From positions 1-60,069 of the forward strand of contig JBFGJG010000028.1 in assembly GCA_041577295.1 (NCBI GenBank): a DNA stretch of 60,069 nt, written 5' to 3'. The DNA is from Gemmatimonadales bacterium (lineage in GTDB: Bacteria > Gemmatimonadota > Gemmatimonadetes > Gemmatimonadales > GWC2-71-9). Numbering within the stretch: position 1 is the stretch's first letter; each line of letters starts with the position of its first letter. This document shows, piece after piece, positions 10,269 to 20,642 of this stretch. The notes under the pieces are model-generated. The model made no database searches, was not told the origin of the DNA, and saw only the letters and a program-made list of their open reading frames with translations. A program made the translations under genes and the position numbers.

Positions 10269-11533
10269 GTTGCAGCACGACCTTGCTCGGCTTCTTCCTT
10301 GGCGGCCCGGACCTTTTGGCCGTCTTTGAGATCGCGGATCGTCTGATACGGTCCGGCGACGATCGTGTCCCCGGGGGTGAGCCCGTCGAGCACCTCGAAG
10401 TGCTCCTCTCCGGCGATGCCCACTCTGACCGGCCGGAACTGCGCCACTCCGGCGCTGACCACAAACACGCCTTCGGTGTCCCGCTCGAGTCCGCGCGCCT
10501 CTTCGCTTCGGGCAGTGGCCGTTTCGAGCTGGATGGGCGTGTGCTCTCGCACCGTGAGGGCGATGATCGGGACCGCTAGGACACTGTCTCGCGTTGCCGT
10601 GATGACCTTGGCAGTGGCGGAGAGGTCCGGTCGGATATCGGAGGGCGGGCTGTTGAGTGTGATTTCCACGTCGTAGTCGACGGCCTGGTCGTTGCCCCCG
10701 GACGTCATCGATCCAGCGGCCCGGATGGCGCTTTGCGAGATCTTGGTCACGCGCCCCGTGAAGGTGGTGTCGGGAAATGCGTCGATCGTGACCTCCGCGG
10801 AATCACCGTTGTGCAAACGTACGACGTCGGTTTCGTCGACCTTGACCTTCACTTGAATGATCGAGAGATCGCTGACCGTCAGCAGCAGACCGGTTTCTCG
10901 TGAGAACGTCCCAGGGACGGCCACCTCGCCAACCTCAACCGCTAGGCGAGTCACCTGCCCGCTCATGGGGGACCGGATGGTTGTCTTGGCCAGCTGTTCC
11001 TGTGCCTCCTGAAGCGCAGCCCGTGCCTGCTCCACTTGGTGTTCAGCGGAGGTAAACAGCGCCGCGGACACCTGATAGGACGTTTCAGCCTGCTCGAGTT
11101 GTTCCTGGGACACCAAGTTGTTGTCGGTACGCCACAGCTCGACTGTTCGATCGAGGGTGCGCTTCGCTTGTTCCCGGTTGGCGCGTGCTTGCAGCACGGA
11201 CGCGCGCGCCGAGGACAACGTGGCCTGAGCCCGTGCCACGGCGGCGTTGTATTGCGAAGGGTCGATCCGAATCAGGAGATCTCCCTGCTTCACCGTATCG
11301 CCTTCTTGAAAGGGGATTTGGATGATCCGCCCCGTGATGTCGGCGCTAACATCGACGGATTTTTGTGGTGCGATCTGCCCACTCGCTGTGACCGTGGCGA
11401 CCAGGTTGCGTCGCGCGACTTCCTCGAGACGCACCTCGACACCGCGCTCGCCTCGCCGTGCGTTCACCGCCACCAATCCCCCCACAATGACCACGACTAG
11501 AACGATGATGATGATCTTGCTTCGGCGTTTCAT
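10265..11533 (-). CDS. Efflux membrane fusion protein (MacA-like)
   Basis: N-terminal TM, lipoyl half-motifs ([20 protein letters not shown]), helical hairpin, [15 protein letters not shown]. Confidence 0.92.
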   Translation of the reverse strand: MKRRSKIIIIVLVVVIVGGLVAVNARRGERGVEVRLEEVARRNLVATVTASGQIAPQKSVDVSADITGRIIQIPFQEGDTVKQGDLLIRIDPSQYNAAVARAQATLSSARASVLQARANREQAKRTLDRTVELWRTDNNLVSQEQLEQAETSYQVSAALFTSAEHQVEQARAALQEAQEQLAKTTIRSPMSGQVTRLAVEVGEVAVPGTFSRETGLLLTVSDLSIIQVKVKVDETDVVRLHNGDSAEVTIDAFPDTTFTGRVTKISQSAIRAAGSMTSGGNDQAVDYDVEITLNSPPSDIRPDLSATAKVITATRDSVLAVPIIALTVREHTPIQLETATARSEEARGLERDTEGVFVVSAGVAQFRPVRVGIAGEEHFEVLDGLTPGDTIVAGPYQTIRDLKDGQKVRAAKEEAEQGRAAT

Positions 11534-11545
11534 GAACCAGTTTTC

Positions 11546-13063
11546 CTAACGCAGCGGGCGACCGACCGCCGCCTCGAGTGTCGCAATCGATTGGTGGTAG
11601 GCGTAGACGGCATTAATGTAATCCGCCTCCGCCCCTGTGGCTGCCAGCTGAGCATCGAGCAATTCGAAAAACGTGCCCGAGCCAACACGATATCGTTCCG
11701 TCGCGAGTCGGAGCTGTTCCCGTGCGGCGACCTGATTGCTCTCCTGAATCCCAATGGTCTCGAACGCCGTGAGCAACGCGTAATACGCTTGGCTGACCGC
11801 CGTGCGTACCCGCAGCTCTCGCTCGCGGACAGCCTCCTGCGCATCCTCGGTCAGGATCGATGCCTGGCTGATCTCGAGCGATCGGGTGAACTGGCTGAAC
11901 AGTGGCAGCGAAATGGTCGCGCGAGCTTGAAACGGCTGTGATTGAAAATCGAACGGGAACACCCGGTTGTCCGCGCGAATGGCCGCGGCATCGGTGTCCG
12001 TGAACACGAAGGCACTGCAGTCACTGAGCGGAATCTGCTGTTCCGGTGAGAGGCGTGAGTTCACGTCCATGAACACCTGGTTCTGGTTCTGACAGGACGC
12101 GAGGCTGATGTTCGAGCCGGTGCGTGCCCGATCGATCAGGAACGCCTCGTTGGTGAACTGCTGGGTAAAGCCAGACCAACCGGCCGAGAGCGAGACCGTG
12201 GGCAGCCAAGAGGATTTCGCTGCCCGCTCGCCGGCCGCCGCCGCCGACTCCCGTGCCCGCAGCGCGAGAAGCTCAGGGTTCTGGCGCTCCGCCTCCCCCA
12301 AGAGCGCGGAGAGTTGCCAGCCGGGCTGGACGATGGGGAATGAGTCCGTGAGCGCGACGACCGAGGGGTCGTCCGGAGCCGGAACGCCCATCTGCTCGAA
12401 CAGCCGGAGCTTCTCCACGGTTACCAGCTGCCGCGCCTGGAGCAGCGCAACCTGCGACTGGCCCCGTGCCACCTCGGCCTGTCTCACGTCGAGCATGGTA
12501 TTCTGACCGACCTGAAACCGCGCACGAGCCAAGCGGAGGAACTCCTCGTTGCGCTCCAGCTGGAGCTCGGCAAGCCGCACTTGTGCCTCCGCTCGCAGTC
12601 CGGCCAGGTACTGCTGCTGAACGAGAGACTCGAGTGCGATCGCCGCGCCATCAATCCCTGCTTCTGCGGCTCGGAGCTGGGCCCGGGCGAGCCCCGGCTG
12701 CATGAGCGTGCGTCCCGAAAGCGTCATGGAGAGCGTGAGCGAGTAATCTGATCCGATGGTGGCCGATGGCTGCACAAACTCATCCGCCAAGAACGTCTGC
12801 GTCCCCGAACCGCGATAGTTGAGCCCGTAGCTACCCGTCACGGCCGGAATGAACGACGCATAGGCGTTGCGCACGCCCCACGCAGCAGGAGACCGGTCAT
12901 TGGCGGTTTGGCGATACACGGGGCTGTATGCCAGCGCGAAGTCGATCGCTTGGCGCAGCGACAGCTGCTGCGGTATCGATGGGAGTCGAGGGCGCTGAGC
13001 TGACCCCGCGCGCGGCGTCGCCAGCAGCGCGATGAGAATCAGCAGAATCCCGTAGCGTTTCAT
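11546..13063 (-). CDS. TolC-family outer membrane efflux protein
   Basis: Signal peptide MKRYGILL..., two OEP repeats (ARFQVGQNTMLDV; ERYRVGSGTFFELLDA). Start moved to ATG 13063. Confidence 0.9.
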   Translation of the reverse strand: MKRYGILLILIALLATPRAGSAQRPRLPSIPQQLSLRQAIDFALAYSPVYRQTANDRSPAAWGVRNAYASFIPAVTGSYGLNYRGSGTQTFLADEFVQPSATIGSDYSLTLSMTLSGRTLMQPGLARAQLRAAEAGIDGAAIALESLVQQQYLAGLRAEAQVRLAELQLERNEEFLRLARARFQVGQNTMLDVRQAEVARGQSQVALLQARQLVTVEKLRLFEQMGVPAPDDPSVVALTDSFPIVQPGWQLSALLGEAERQNPELLALRARESAAAAGERAAKSSWLPTVSLSAGWSGFTQQFTNEAFLIDRARTGSNISLASCQNQNQVFMDVNSRLSPEQQIPLSDCSAFVFTDTDAAAIRADNRVFPFDFQSQPFQARATISLPLFSQFTRSLEISQASILTEDAQEAVRERELRVRTAVSQAYYALLTAFETIGIQESNQVAAREQLRLATERYRVGSGTFFELLDAQLAATGAEADYINAVYAYHQSIATLEAAVGRPLR

Positions 13064-13100
13064 GAAGATTTCTCTGCCTACATGGTTTTGGTGCTTTCCG

Positions 13101-13127
13101 TACGTCATGCTGCAAATCCTAGTTTCA
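13101..13127 (-). promoter_or_regulatory. ECF sigma factor promoter (SigW/SigM-like) for the efflux operon
   Basis: TGAAAC(13127-13122)-N17-CGTA(13104-13101), 37 nt upstream of the tolC ATG. Confidence 0.6.
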
Positions 13128-13365
13128 ATGGGAGGCGCCGGATCAACGCACCCGGCCCACCCACGGGTAGCTGGTGAACGCAACTCCCGCCAGCGCAGCG
13201 CTTGCGAATGGGCAAATTGCGGGGCCGAACGCGCGGCGTTTGCGCCCCGGCGGCGGCGCGGCAGCGGGCTGTGCCACCATCCCCAACTCGATACTTAGGC
13301 GGGACCACCACGGCGCCAAGGCAAAATGTCGCTGGGAAGTGCGGAGCTACGCCCTAGCGGTGTCG

Positions 13366-14055
13366 TTAGGAGTTGTCGCGGACCGCTTTCAGGTCGCGGC
13401 CGGGAATCGTAATCTGAATCAGCCGGCCCTGCTCATCGAACCACAGCTGCCGGGACACACGATCCGACGCGAGCACCAGGCGGCGAAGGGGCCGCTCGAC
13501 GCCTTTTACCCGAACACGCTCGATGCCGTGATCGGTGAGCCCGACGGTGAGCGGACTGTCATCCGTAGCGGAGAAAACGGCGATGTTGTCGCCTCGCAAG
13601 GCCGTGAGCAACGCGAAGCCCGCGAAACTCGCGTCGTGATAGACCAACGGCGGGAGACGTCGCGGAAACTCTTGTGCCGACTCCCCGCCTGCAGTGACGC
13701 GTCGGACTGTGACGCGCCGCGGTTGAAATCTCATGACAACGGCGCGGCGCACGTTGCTCCGCTCCTGGATCTCCGCCGCGATTGGCTGTGAATCCGCACC
13801 AAACTCGATCCGCACCGTGACGATCCTCGTAGCCTGGGTCGGCGGATACGATGCGGTCGCCGTCAGCGTGAATCCATCCTCCGAGCCAGCTCGGCCACGC
13901 CGGAGGGCAAACTCCTCCTTGCCCACCACAAGTGATCCATCGGTGATGGTGAAGAACCCTTCATCGACTACCTGCGGTTGCTGTGCGGTCAGCCCAACCG
14001 GGGCGCCGCTCAGGACCGCCGTGCAGGCAAGGATGTACAGTCGTCTACGCGCCAT
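13366..14055 (-). CDS. Hypothetical secreted protein
   Basis: ATG 14055 gives signal peptide MARRRLYILACTAVLSGAPVGLTA-Q, followed by a beta-rich body. Overlaps the creatininase 3' end by 11 nt. Confidence 0.75.
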   Translation of the reverse strand: MARRRLYILACTAVLSGAPVGLTAQQPQVVDEGFFTITDGSLVVGKEEFALRRGRAGSEDGFTLTATASYPPTQATRIVTVRIEFGADSQPIAAEIQERSNVRRAVVMRFQPRRVTVRRVTAGGESAQEFPRRLPPLVYHDASFAGFALLTALRGDNIAVFSATDDSPLTVGLTDHGIERVRVKGVERPLRRLVLASDRVSRQLWFDEQGRLIQITIPGRDLKAVRDNS

Positions 14056-14815
14056 CTGTCCCACTCCCCACCACCTCAACGCCCGCGAGGACCCGGGTGG
14101 CAATACGATTGTAAATAAAGTGGTAGAGGAGTTCCCCCTTCTCAATAGAGGCCTGGCTCGGACGGCCGAGCGAGCCAGGGCTTTCCTTGGGGATGGCGCC
14201 GGATGAACCACGATGATATCGACGAACCGCCCAGCGTGAGGGAACAAAGTCTCGTGCTTGCGAAATATCCACGACTTCTCCGTAGACGTACAAGAGTAGT
14301 GACGTGTCAACCGCCCCACCGTGCACGGGGATACCGCTCGCGGCCTCGTCGCCGGTGAGTGGAACGGCGAAGATGTCCACGCTGCGGACCGAGGCGCGAT
14401 GCGTTCGCAAGGTACTGAGCGCCTCCTGGTGGGGGTCCTGGCCGTGCGCTGTAAGAATAATGAATTGCTTGACGCCCCCCTCCTCCCAGGAGCCCACCAG
14501 ATCGTTGAGGAAGCGGTGCAGCGTCTTGCGGCGCACTGAGGCGCTCCCGGGAAAAGGGCTCGGCGTTGCGGCGTTGACCCCATATTCTATGGTTGGTGCC
14601 CGGAGCACGTTGAACTCAGCTGAGAGGTCGTCCGCGAGACGCTCCACAATGATCGTATCACAACCCAGTGGTAGGTGTGGACCGTGCTGCTCGGTGGTGC
14701 CGACAGGCAAGATCAGCCGGGCGTCCCGCGCGAGATGCTCTTGCACGGCCACGGGGGTGAGGTGTTTGACTAACACGGGTTCCCGATGAACCGTCTCGGC
14801 GTTCGTCACTGGCAT
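14045..14815 (-). CDS. Creatininase-family metal-dependent amidohydrolase
   Basis: LPVGTTEQHGPHLPLGCDT, FPGS, TAHGQD, HGGAVDTS, GSLGRP. Start could instead be GTG 14776. Confidence 0.85.
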   Translation of the reverse strand: MPVTNAETVHREPVLVKHLTPVAVQEHLARDARLILPVGTTEQHGPHLPLGCDTIIVERLADDLSAEFNVLRAPTIEYGVNAATPSPFPGSASVRRKTLHRFLNDLVGSWEEGGVKQFIILTAHGQDPHQEALSTLRTHRASVRSVDIFAVPLTGDEAASGIPVHGGAVDTSLLLYVYGEVVDISQARDFVPSRWAVRRYHRGSSGAIPKESPGSLGRPSQASIEKGELLYHFIYNRIATRVLAGVEVVGSGTDGA

Positions 14816-17800
14816 CTGGCAGCAGGGGGGGTCGCCGCCTCCTTAGCGGTTTGGCTGGTTGCGCCGAGTCTCGCGCTCGTCGTTGCCGCCGCCACCCTCG
14901 TGGTTTGGTTGACGATCGGTGCCCTGTGGGATGCCCGGCTTGGGTCGATGGCTGTGGCCGTGGCCGCGATCGGGGCGACCGTATTTGCGCTGGATACCAC
15001 CTTCCGTGTGCGCGGCATCGAGCGCTCGTGGCCAGCAATGCGCGAGCAGCTCATCGAACAGGCAAGCAGCCGGCTGAACGAGACCCTGGGTACAGCGGTC
15101 GACCTGGCACGCCAACTGGCAGCACTAGGCGCGAGTCTCGATCCCGACAACCCCGGCGCCGCGTTCGACGCGCTCGAGGATGCCGTGGACCACGGCGGGC
15201 CCGAAAGCGGGATCGTCATGTTCGACACGGACAATCGCCCAGTGAGTTGGGCGGGCCGGCACCGACTGCCAGCAGGCCCGTTGTTCCCCGCTGAGGACCA
15301 CCAAACCCCCATGAGCGGCGTTTTCGATCTGACGGCGCGCATAAGCCCATTTTATGTCCTGCTCGAAGCCCGTCGCCAGGGCAGTCAGGCTTCAGCGGTC
15401 AGTCAGGTCTTGCTGGCGGCGGACAGCGCGGTCCCGGATCGGGAACGCAGCGTCGCCGAGCGCTTTCACCGGGAGACGGGCACGGCGTTAGAAGTCTACC
15501 CACCGCGCCGCGCGCCCGCGGGGAGCGACGTGTTCGACTACTGTCTTCCGCGGTGCGACCCGCCGTCCGGACAGGTTCCTGATACTCTCTTCAGTGTCAA
15601 GGTCGTTCCGCCGAGTCAGGGTGTCGCGAAACTCGAGCGGCAAGCACTGGGGAGCCGCTGGGTCTCCTTGCTGCTGATCGCCGAATTGATCCTGCTTGGG
15701 ATTGTGGGAGGAGTCGCAGTTCGATGGTTCGCGGTCATCGCGATTGGCGCTTTGATCGTACTCACGCCGGTGGGCCCGCATGTCGGGTTGGGCACGTTCT
15801 TCTCGCCGGCAACCTACTATCTGGACGCGCTGGGGCCGTTTTCCTCATCGGCCGGTGCGCTGTTTTCGTCCGTGGCGCTGCTGGTCCTGCTGCTCGTGCC
15901 GCTCGTTCGCAAAGGCATCCCAGTCAAGGTGCTCAGCCTATCCGTTGGAGCCGTCATCCTCGTGGTCGCGCCGCTGATCATAGCGGGGCTCGCCTCCGGG
16001 ATCACTCCGCCTGCTGTGGGAGTGGGGGTGGGACAATGGCTGAGTTGGCAGGTGAGCTTGACCTTGGGTGGGGCAGTGCTGGCCCTCGTTAGCGCCTTCC
16101 TGCTGGGTCGGCGTCGACGTCTCCGACTCGGGTGGGCGCCCTGGGCTGCCGGGCTGGCCGCGATCGGACTGGGCATTACCGGCGTGTCGATCTGGCAGCC
16201 AGGCGGTGGTTGGCCGGGGTGGTATGCCGGCCTGTGGGTGCCGGTGGCGTTTCTCGCGGCGCTGAGTCGGCCGCGTCTTCCGCTGCTCGCGGCCATCACA
16301 CTGGTCGCCGGGACCGGGGCGGTCGTGCTGACGTGGTCCGCAACCACGCAGAACCGCTTGCTCTTGGCGGAACGGGACGCCCGTCGGCTGAGCGGTGGCG
16401 ATCCGGTGAGCATCAGCATGCTCGAGCGCTTTGCCGCGGAGATCAGTCCGGGCTCCGCACCGCGCACCGCAGCAGAGCTGTACGCGCACTGGCGCCGCTC
16501 TCCTCTGTCTGCGGACGATTATCCGGCGGTGCTCGCAACGTGGGGAGCCGACGGGACACAGATTGCGTCGCTTGAACTCGCGGAACTGGAGCTCACCGCA
16601 CCGCTGATCTTCGCGCTCGCTCGCACTGCGACGGCGGCCGAAGTACCGGTGTTGCAGCGCATCGGGTTGGCGCCCGGTGTTCACTACGTCATGGCGGTGC
16701 CCTTTCCGGATTCCGCGGTCGTGACCGTGGGCGTTGCCCCACGCTCTCGATTGATCCCGCCCGTTCGTGTGGCCCGCTTTCTCCGAGGCGAGCGTCGGCT
16801 AGTAGCTCCCTATGAGATGTCGCTTGGTGAGCCGGTGACCGATTCGGCGAGCGTCGACCTCATGACGTGGAGACGAGACGACCGGTGGATCGTGCGCGGG
16901 GTCGCGGTTTTGCGGCTCCCCGGTGGTGCCCGACATCTCCACGTCGACGTGCCACTCGGCGATATCGGCCCCCTCCTCGTGCGCGGCGCACTAGTGTTGT
17001 TGCTGGATATGGCCCTGCTGTTTCTCATTTGGGGACTGGGCGAAGCGCTTCGCGGGGGCGTCAAGGTGCCCGGAGGGCTCGGCGAGCTACTCCACTTCCG
17101 GTCCTATCGCAGCCGGCTCGCCGTGGCACTCACCGGGTTTTTCATCATTCCCACGTTGGGATTTGCCGCCTGGTCCGCCGGGAGGCTCCGTGCCGACGCC
17201 GAACGGAGCCGCGACCTCCTGATCCACCAAACGTTGAGCGATGCGTCCGCCTCCGCTCGCGCCCTGAGCGGTCTTGACCGCGATGTCGTTGGCACGCGCG
17301 TGCGCGAGATGGCGGAACGCCTCGGTGCCGATCTGCTGTGGTACGACGGCGGGCGACTCGTGGCGTCGAGCGCACCTGTCCTGGGCGAGTTGAGCTTGCT
17401 GGACGCTTACCTGCCCCCGACGGTGCATCGGGCGCTGACCGAGCGCGATGAGATCGAGGTGACGGACAGGGAATCGATTGGTGGTCAGGCGACGCGGGTG
17501 GGGTATCGCAACGTCGGTGGTTCTGCTCGGTCCGTGACGGTGCTCGCCGCGCCCCGCCTCGTGGACGTGCAGGATCTTCGACGCGAACAAGAAGATCTCG
17601 CGTTCGCGTTGCTGTTGGTGACGATCATCGGCCTGGGGTCCTCCATTGGCCTCGCGACGGTCGCGGCGCGCTCCCTCTCGCAACCCGTCGACTCGTTGCG
17701 GATGGCGGCGGTCGCCGTGGGCCGGGGCGATCCGTTGCCACCGTTCGATTCAGAGATTCCAACCGAGTTCGTCTCAGTAGTTGGAGCCTTCGAGCGGATG

Positions 17801-18847
17801 GCACGGGATGTCGAGGCCAGTCAGGCGGCCTTGGAGGCGGCGCGTCGGAGAACGGCGACCGTTTTGCGCAACGTCGCGACGGGCGTTGTGGCCCTCGATG
17901 GGGAGATGAACGTGACCATTGCCAACCCCAGCGCCGCCGAATTGCTCGAAACGGAGCTAGAATCCGGGATGAATGCACGAGCGCAGACGGGTCCGGCGTG
18001 GCAGCCGGTGTGGGATTGGGTGGAGCAGTTTCTCGTGGATGGCGGGGAGCTGGATGGGCGGGAGTTCGTGGTGGGTGAACGACGTATTCGGGCGCAGGTG
18101 GCACCGCTGCGCAGCGATCCACGGGGCTGCGTCGTGGCGTTTGACGATGTCACCGAATCCGCCCGTGCGTTGCGGGTCCTCGCTTGGGGTGAACTGGCGC
18201 GGCAGATTGCCCACGAGATCAAGAACCCGCTGACCCCAATCCGTCTGGGGGTGCAGCACCTCCTCCGCGCGCGCCACGACGGGCGCACCGATTTCGATTC
18301 TGCGTTGGAGCGCACCTCGCGTCAGATCTTGGCCGAAATCGAACGGTTGGACGCCATCGCACGAGCATTCTCGCGGTTTGGCGCGCCGCCTGCAGAGGCG
18401 GCGCCACTTGCCACGGCGGATGTCGTCGCCATTGCGCGGGACGCCGCGGAGCTGTACGCGCTCGGTGCGGGGGCCATTGTGCGAGTGATCACGGATGGCC
18501 CGGTCGAGGCGATGGTGCGGCGCGACGAGGTGAAGGAAGTGTTGATCAACCTCATCGAAAACGCACGCGATGCAGGGGCGTCAGAGGTCACGATCGCCGT
18601 GCAGGGAGCCGATGGCCGAGTGACGCTCACGGTTGGAGACGATGGGCGGGGGATCCCTCCAGAAATTTTGCCACGGATCTTCGAGCCACAGTTCTCCACA
18701 ACGACGAGCGGCACCGGGCTGGGACTGGCTATCTGCAAGCGGTTGGTCGAGTCGTGGGGTGGGCAAATCTGGGTCGAGAGCCAGATGGGGGGAGGGACGC
18801 GGGTTCGTGTGGAGCTGCCCCGCGCGGTCGAGGCGGGCGAAATGTGA
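14786..18847 (+). CDS. Large multi-TM sensor histidine kinase (NtrY-like: HAMP-PAS-HisKA-HATPase)
   Basis: H-box ELARQIAHEIKNPLTPI, N-box INLIENA, DDGRGI, FEPQFST, GTGLGL, many TM segments. Confidence 0.92.
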   Translation: MNRLGVRHWHLAAGGVAASLAVWLVAPSLALVVAAATLVVWLTIGALWDARLGSMAVAVAAIGATVFALDTTFRVRGIERSWPAMREQLIEQASSRLNETLGTAVDLARQLAALGASLDPDNPGAAFDALEDAVDHGGPESGIVMFDTDNRPVSWAGRHRLPAGPLFPAEDHQTPMSGVFDLTARISPFYVLLEARRQGSQASAVSQVLLAADSAVPDRERSVAERFHRETGTALEVYPPRRAPAGSDVFDYCLPRCDPPSGQVPDTLFSVKVVPPSQGVAKLERQALGSRWVSLLLIAELILLGIVGGVAVRWFAVIAIGALIVLTPVGPHVGLGTFFSPATYYLDALGPFSSSAGALFSSVALLVLLLVPLVRKGIPVKVLSLSVGAVILVVAPLIIAGLASGITPPAVGVGVGQWLSWQVSLTLGGAVLALVSAFLLGRRRRLRLGWAPWAAGLAAIGLGITGVSIWQPGGGWPGWYAGLWVPVAFLAALSRPRLPLLAAITLVAGTGAVVLTWSATTQNRLLLAERDARRLSGGDPVSISMLERFAAEISPGSAPRTAAELYAHWRRSPLSADDYPAVLATWGADGTQIASLELAELELTAPLIFALARTATAAEVPVLQRIGLAPGVHYVMAVPFPDSAVVTVGVAPRSRLIPPVRVARFLRGERRLVAPYEMSLGEPVTDSASVDLMTWRRDDRWIVRGVAVLRLPGGARHLHVDVPLGDIGPLLVRGALVLLLDMALLFLIWGLGEALRGGVKVPGGLGELLHFRSYRSRLAVALTGFFIIPTLGFAAWSAGRLRADAERSRDLLIHQTLSDASASARALSGLDRDVVGTRVREMAERLGADLLWYDGGRLVASSAPVLGELSLLDAYLPPTVHRALTERDEIEVTDRESIGGQATRVGYRNVGGSARSVTVLAAPRLVDVQDLRREQEDLAFALLLVTIIGLGSSIGLATVAARSLSQPVDSLRMAAVAVGRGDPLPPFDSEIPTEFVSVVGAFERMARDVEASQAALEAARRRTATVLRNVATGVVALDGEMNVTIANPSAAELLETELESGMNARAQTGPAWQPVWDWVEQFLVDGGELDGREFVVGERRIRAQVAPLRSDPRGCVVAFDDVTESARALRVLAWGELARQIAHEIKNPLTPIRLGVQHLLRARHDGRTDFDSALERTSRQILAEIERLDAIARAFSRFGAPPAEAAPLATADVVAIARDAAELYALGAGAIVRVITDGPVEAMVRRDEVKEVLINLIENARDAGASEVTIAVQGADGRVTLTVGDDGRGIPPEILPRIFEPQFSTTTSGTGLGLAICKRLVESWGGQIWVESQMGGGTRVRVELPRAVEAGEM

Positions 18848-18851
18848 CGAT

Positions 18852-18878
18852 CAGGATCGGCAGGATTGGCGGGATCAT
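18852..18878. repeat. Degenerate nonamer array
   Basis: CAGGATCGG/CAGGATTGG/CGGGATCAT. Confidence 0.5.
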
Positions 18879-18960
18879 GAGAATCCTCTCATCAACGGAA
18901 CATTTTCCCCCTCATGGGCATTTGTAACACTGAGCGAGGCCCACTAACTTTTGAGATACC

Positions 18961-19896
<936 letters not shown>

Positions 19897-19942
19897 AAGC
19901 CCCCGCGACCGACCACCTCCTTCCGACGATTTCCTTCCCTTC

Positions 19943-20599
19943 ATGACCCAGAGTCAGTGGATCCGGCGGGTGATCAAGCCCGCCGCATTCATCTTGTGCC
20001 TGCTGCCGGCCGCGCTGATGGTGTGGGACGCCTTTACCGGAGGCCTCGGGGCCAATCCCATCGAGGAGATCACGCATCGAACGGGATTGAGTACGATCAC
20101 GTTGTTGATGGTGACGCTTGCTGTGACTCCCCTCCGCACGCTGCTCCGCATCCCGTCGCTGGTGCTGATGCGGAGAATGCTCGGGTTGTTCGCGTTCTTC
20201 TACGTGATGGCGCATTTCGGTATCTACCTGTTCGATCAGTTCTTTTCCCTCGAATACATCCTCGAAGACATTGTGGAGCGTCCGTACATTACGGTTGGCT
20301 TTACGAGTTTTCTACTGCTCATCCCGCTTGCGGTGACATCGACCAACGGTTGGGTCAAGCGGTTGGGGGCGAAGCGGTGGCAGATGCTGCACCGGTTGAT
20401 CTACTTCGCCGCGGCGGGTGGGGTCCTGCACTTCCTGTGGAAGGTGAAAGCGGAAGAGCAGCGACCCGTCGTCTACGGACTGATTCTCGTGGGGCTGCTG
20501 AGCTTTCGCCTGTGGACGTTGCGTCGGCGACCTGCGCGACGGGCTAGCCCAAAACGAGAGGTCTCAGTCGCCGCTCCATCTCCCGCGCCAAGCGAGTAG
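19943..20599 (+). CDS. msrQ: Heme-binding membrane subunit MsrQ
   Basis: RRMLGLFAFFY...H, PLAVTS, W..LHRLIY...H; follows msrP. Confidence 0.95.
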   Translation: MTQSQWIRRVIKPAAFILCLLPAALMVWDAFTGGLGANPIEEITHRTGLSTITLLMVTLAVTPLRTLLRIPSLVLMRRMLGLFAFFYVMAHFGIYLFDQFFSLEYILEDIVERPYITVGFTSFLLLIPLAVTSTNGWVKRLGAKRWQMLHRLIYFAAAGGVLHFLWKVKAEEQRPVVYGLILVGLLSFRLWTLRRRPARRASPKREVSVAAPSPAPSE

Positions 20600-20642
20600 A
20601 TTCTCCGCAACCATCCTCTTCGATTTCTCAGATGAGGTACTC

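Noticed and set aside
13064..13183. Long N-terminal extensions in the ORF track (tolC; also mnmA, glgB, glgX, treZ, the DUF523 fusion, 55356..56591)
   Set aside because: Downstream starts give proper signal peptides, SD sites or stop/start overlaps
18897..18945. GGAAC/TGTAAC ECF-like -35 elements upstream of msrP
   Set aside because: No convincing -10 at the proper spacing
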